The notes beneath the pieces were generated by a model, which saw only the letters and a program-made list of their open reading frames with translations, was not told the origin of the DNA and did not search any database. Below are positions 61,690 to 64,000 of a stretch of DNA of 64,000 bases, piece by piece; within the stretch, counting starts at the first letter, position 1; each line of letters opens with the position of its first letter. The stretch covers positions 62,496,001 through 62,560,000 of the forward strand of contig CM060734.1 in assembly GCA_030704615.1 (NCBI GenBank), read 5' to 3'. Both the position numbers and the translations under genes were made by a program. This stretch comes from Takakia lepidozioides (taxonomy: Eukaryota; Plantae; Bryophyta).

Positions 61690-62155
61690 ATGGCACTACA
61701 TTCATCAGTTGTGCTCACCATTCTCATTCTCACAGCCTTGAGCATTCAAAGCGGTGTTGCAGCACTTGGCATCAAAGTGTAGCGGCAACTTTTATTGTTG
61801 GACAAGGTAGGGCTATGGACCAGTACTTCAAACGTTGGTGACCATCATCAACGATCACATCGACCCCAATCGCTTTTACAACAATAAAGAACAGATTACA
61901 TGCGTTTATCGCGCTTGGGGATTTTTTGGACAACAAGACTTTTGTGTCTTCTGCCAAAATTCCGGTGCCGCTCCCGGCTACTTGATCAAGACCTTGATTC
62001 AACAACTTGCAAATCACGGTTGCGAGACTTGTGGGAGTATTCCACTTTTCTATCCAAAAGACAACAATCTTGCAAAGGGTATGCTGACCGTCAACTTGGT
62101 CATAAACTCCTACCCTGCTAATTCTTATGCAGGTTCCGGCGTAGGCCTATGCTAG
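61690..62155 (+). pseudogene. KP4 killer-toxin-like secreted protein, disabled by a +1 frameshift and an in-frame stop
   Basis: Signal peptide MALHSSVVLTILILTALSIQSGVAA, then LGIK/CSGNFYC; C-terminus LANHGCETCGSIPLFYPKDNNLAKGMLTVNLV matches the KP4 pattern HGC..CGS.P....N....G.LTVN.V. Extra base at 61774-61777; TAG at 61808-61810. Confidence 0.85.
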
Positions 62156-62305
62156 TGAGCGGAAAGCAGACACTACAACATCCCATGGGATTTCCAACCA
62201 TAGAGGTTTCAGGGTCATTTTCACTATTGACACATTTCACTATCATTTTCACCATATAGTTAAGAATTGCTGACAAGACATTAAACTCACTATATAAACT
62301 TACAT

Positions 62306-62490
62306 ACTTGAGCAGGTAGCCCAGTGGTTGGGTGTTTGTGCCTTGCCTATGCATAACCTAGGTGATCCTTGTTCAATCCTTCAACATGTGCCTTCGGACC
62401 GTCCATTGGGCCCTCGATGGCATGTGCGTTGGGTAGTAAGCTCTGTAAATTCACTCGACGTTAAAAAAAACTTTATCTTTATCTTTATTT
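62306..62490 (+). mobile_element. tRNA-derived SINE, full-length copy
   Basis: Box A TAGCCCAGTGG, box B-like TGTTCAATCC, 3' AATTCACTCGACGTTAAAAAAAA(CTTTAT)3. Confidence 0.85.
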
Positions 62491-62734
62491 TTATGTAATA
62501 GTTACGCTGGAAGTGATATTTATGATATTTCAATACCTAGTGGCTAATTGTAGTGGCAAATGTTTCAAAGCAATGTGTACAACAATTCAAATGTATATGA
62601 ATATTTCGATATTTTCAACTGAAGACCATCTATGGCTTAAATAATACTTCAGCAATTCACACATTCAAAGTGACAATATATCAATCCTTGATACTACTTC
62701 TGTGCCGAAAGTGGGAGATTGACTGTGTTGAGAC

Positions 62735-63598
62735 CAGTGTTGGGCGGTTCTTGCATTTATGAAGGAACCTTTGGTGCTGGTTCCACAATTATTTCAAGAG
62801 ATGGTTCCGGATCCAGTTCCGGTTTTTTTTTATTGAGCCAGTTCCGGTCCGGTTCCGGATCCAACTTTTAAACATGGGGGCAGTTCCGGTTACCGGTTAG
62901 TTGTTGATAAAAACCACGGTTCCCGGTTAGGTTCCGGTTCTTTTATATATATATATTAATTTAATTAAATTTAAAATATTTTATCAGTCCGGGAGTTTAA
63001 ATAGCAATGTATTCACATATTTCAACTAAAATCCAACGATTTTATTAGTTTTCACTAAGACAAAAAAACAAACAAACAAAAATACTCTAAATGAACTGGG
63101 AGAAGAAAATGGGTAACATTTTATGGGTTGAAATTACTATTCAGCTCTCTGGCAAGTATTGGCATCTTCTAACATTTTCATTAATGAACTTAGCCGGGAC
63201 ATCATGGAGCTGGAGATTGAACCCAAGATCTCATGGCGTTAATAGAATGTCATGGCCTTCAAGCATTGAACCCAAGATCTCATGGAGCTTGAGAGAATTA
63301 AAGAATTTTGCCATGGGCCCACCAGTTCTCTAGGGTTATGCCATGTTATACCAAGGCCCACCAAGGGTTCAAGAACTTGAACCTGTTTTTATCCCCATGC
63401 GCCTCGGCCCCGGTCTCCGCTTCTCACACCCAGCAGGAACCGCCGGTTCGGTTCTGTGCTGATCCCCATTGGCAGGTTCCGGTTCCGGATCAAGTTCTGC
63501 AGGAATGGATCCGGTTCCGGTTAAACCGGCGGTTAACCTGGGTCCTGGCGAGTAACCGCCGGTTAACCTGGGTCCCGGCGAGTAACCGCCCAACACTC
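62735..63598. mobile_element. hAT-type MITE, 864 bp
   Basis: TIR CAGTGTTGGGCGGTT / AACCGCCCAACACTC; 8-bp TSD GTTGAGAC at 62727-62734 and 63599-63606; many CCGGTT subterminal repeats. Confidence 0.92.
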
Positions 63599-64000
63599 GT
63601 TGAGACTCAGATTTCCTAACATATGAAAGGGTTTAGGCAACACTAGAGAGAGTGGATGCACCAAAAGATGATGATGGCTGCCAATGTTAGTGGCCGAGTG
63701 CAGCACATCAAGAGGCATTGCAAGGAGCATTGGATAACCGAGTTGAAGGTCAGAATTTCATTTTTTTAATATTAGCCGGTTAGGGATGTTTAATTTTAAC
63801 TTTGTGTTCACATCCTCCGGTTCCGGGGTTTTGGAGCTTTTCCGTTTCTGATATCATGCCAGTTGGCAACAAATACAAAATTTCACCCTATGCGGTTATG
63901 GACAAATGGAGTTTTGTCACGATGGCCTCCGACGGTTCAGTATCCGGTTATCAAATAAATCTAATTTTATTTTAATAACATAAAATAACCCAAACTAAAA

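Overview
Eukaryotic, intron-containing land-plant nuclear DNA. It is most consistent with a moss or other bryophyte (PLS-class DYW PPR genes, a KP4-like gene); the taxon is my inference. Apparently intact host genes: two tandem PPR-E-DYW editing-factor paralogues (+ strand, about 9979-14105 and 18461-22820), SKP1 (-), the complex I 75-kDa subunit (-) and a partly resolved multi-exon gene, probably plastid-targeted (+). Main observations: (1) a decayed Ty3/gypsy element (about 805-8025, -) whose Pol reading frame carries a complete DNMT3-like C5 cytosine methyltransferase domain between protease and RT; (2) both DYW-PPR genes carry upstream exons encoding OSB/PTAC9-type 'PDF' ssDNA-binding motifs (F..P..WWD.R..K..P..PDFKHK.T...LW......P.W), which the ORF track does not show, giving a predicted ssDNA-binding + PPR + cytidine deaminase fusion with three interchangeable half-motif exons; (3) two TTAA-flanked, CCC-terminated piggyBac-like MITE families; (4) a disabled fungal-type KP4 killer-toxin gene; (5) a tRNA-derived SINE family with (TCTTTA)n tails, hAT MITEs with 8-bp TSDs, L1 remnants and intron-retaining ClpD and GAPDH fragments. 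All exon models were read by eye from GT/AG sites and phase compatibility, not from transcripts.
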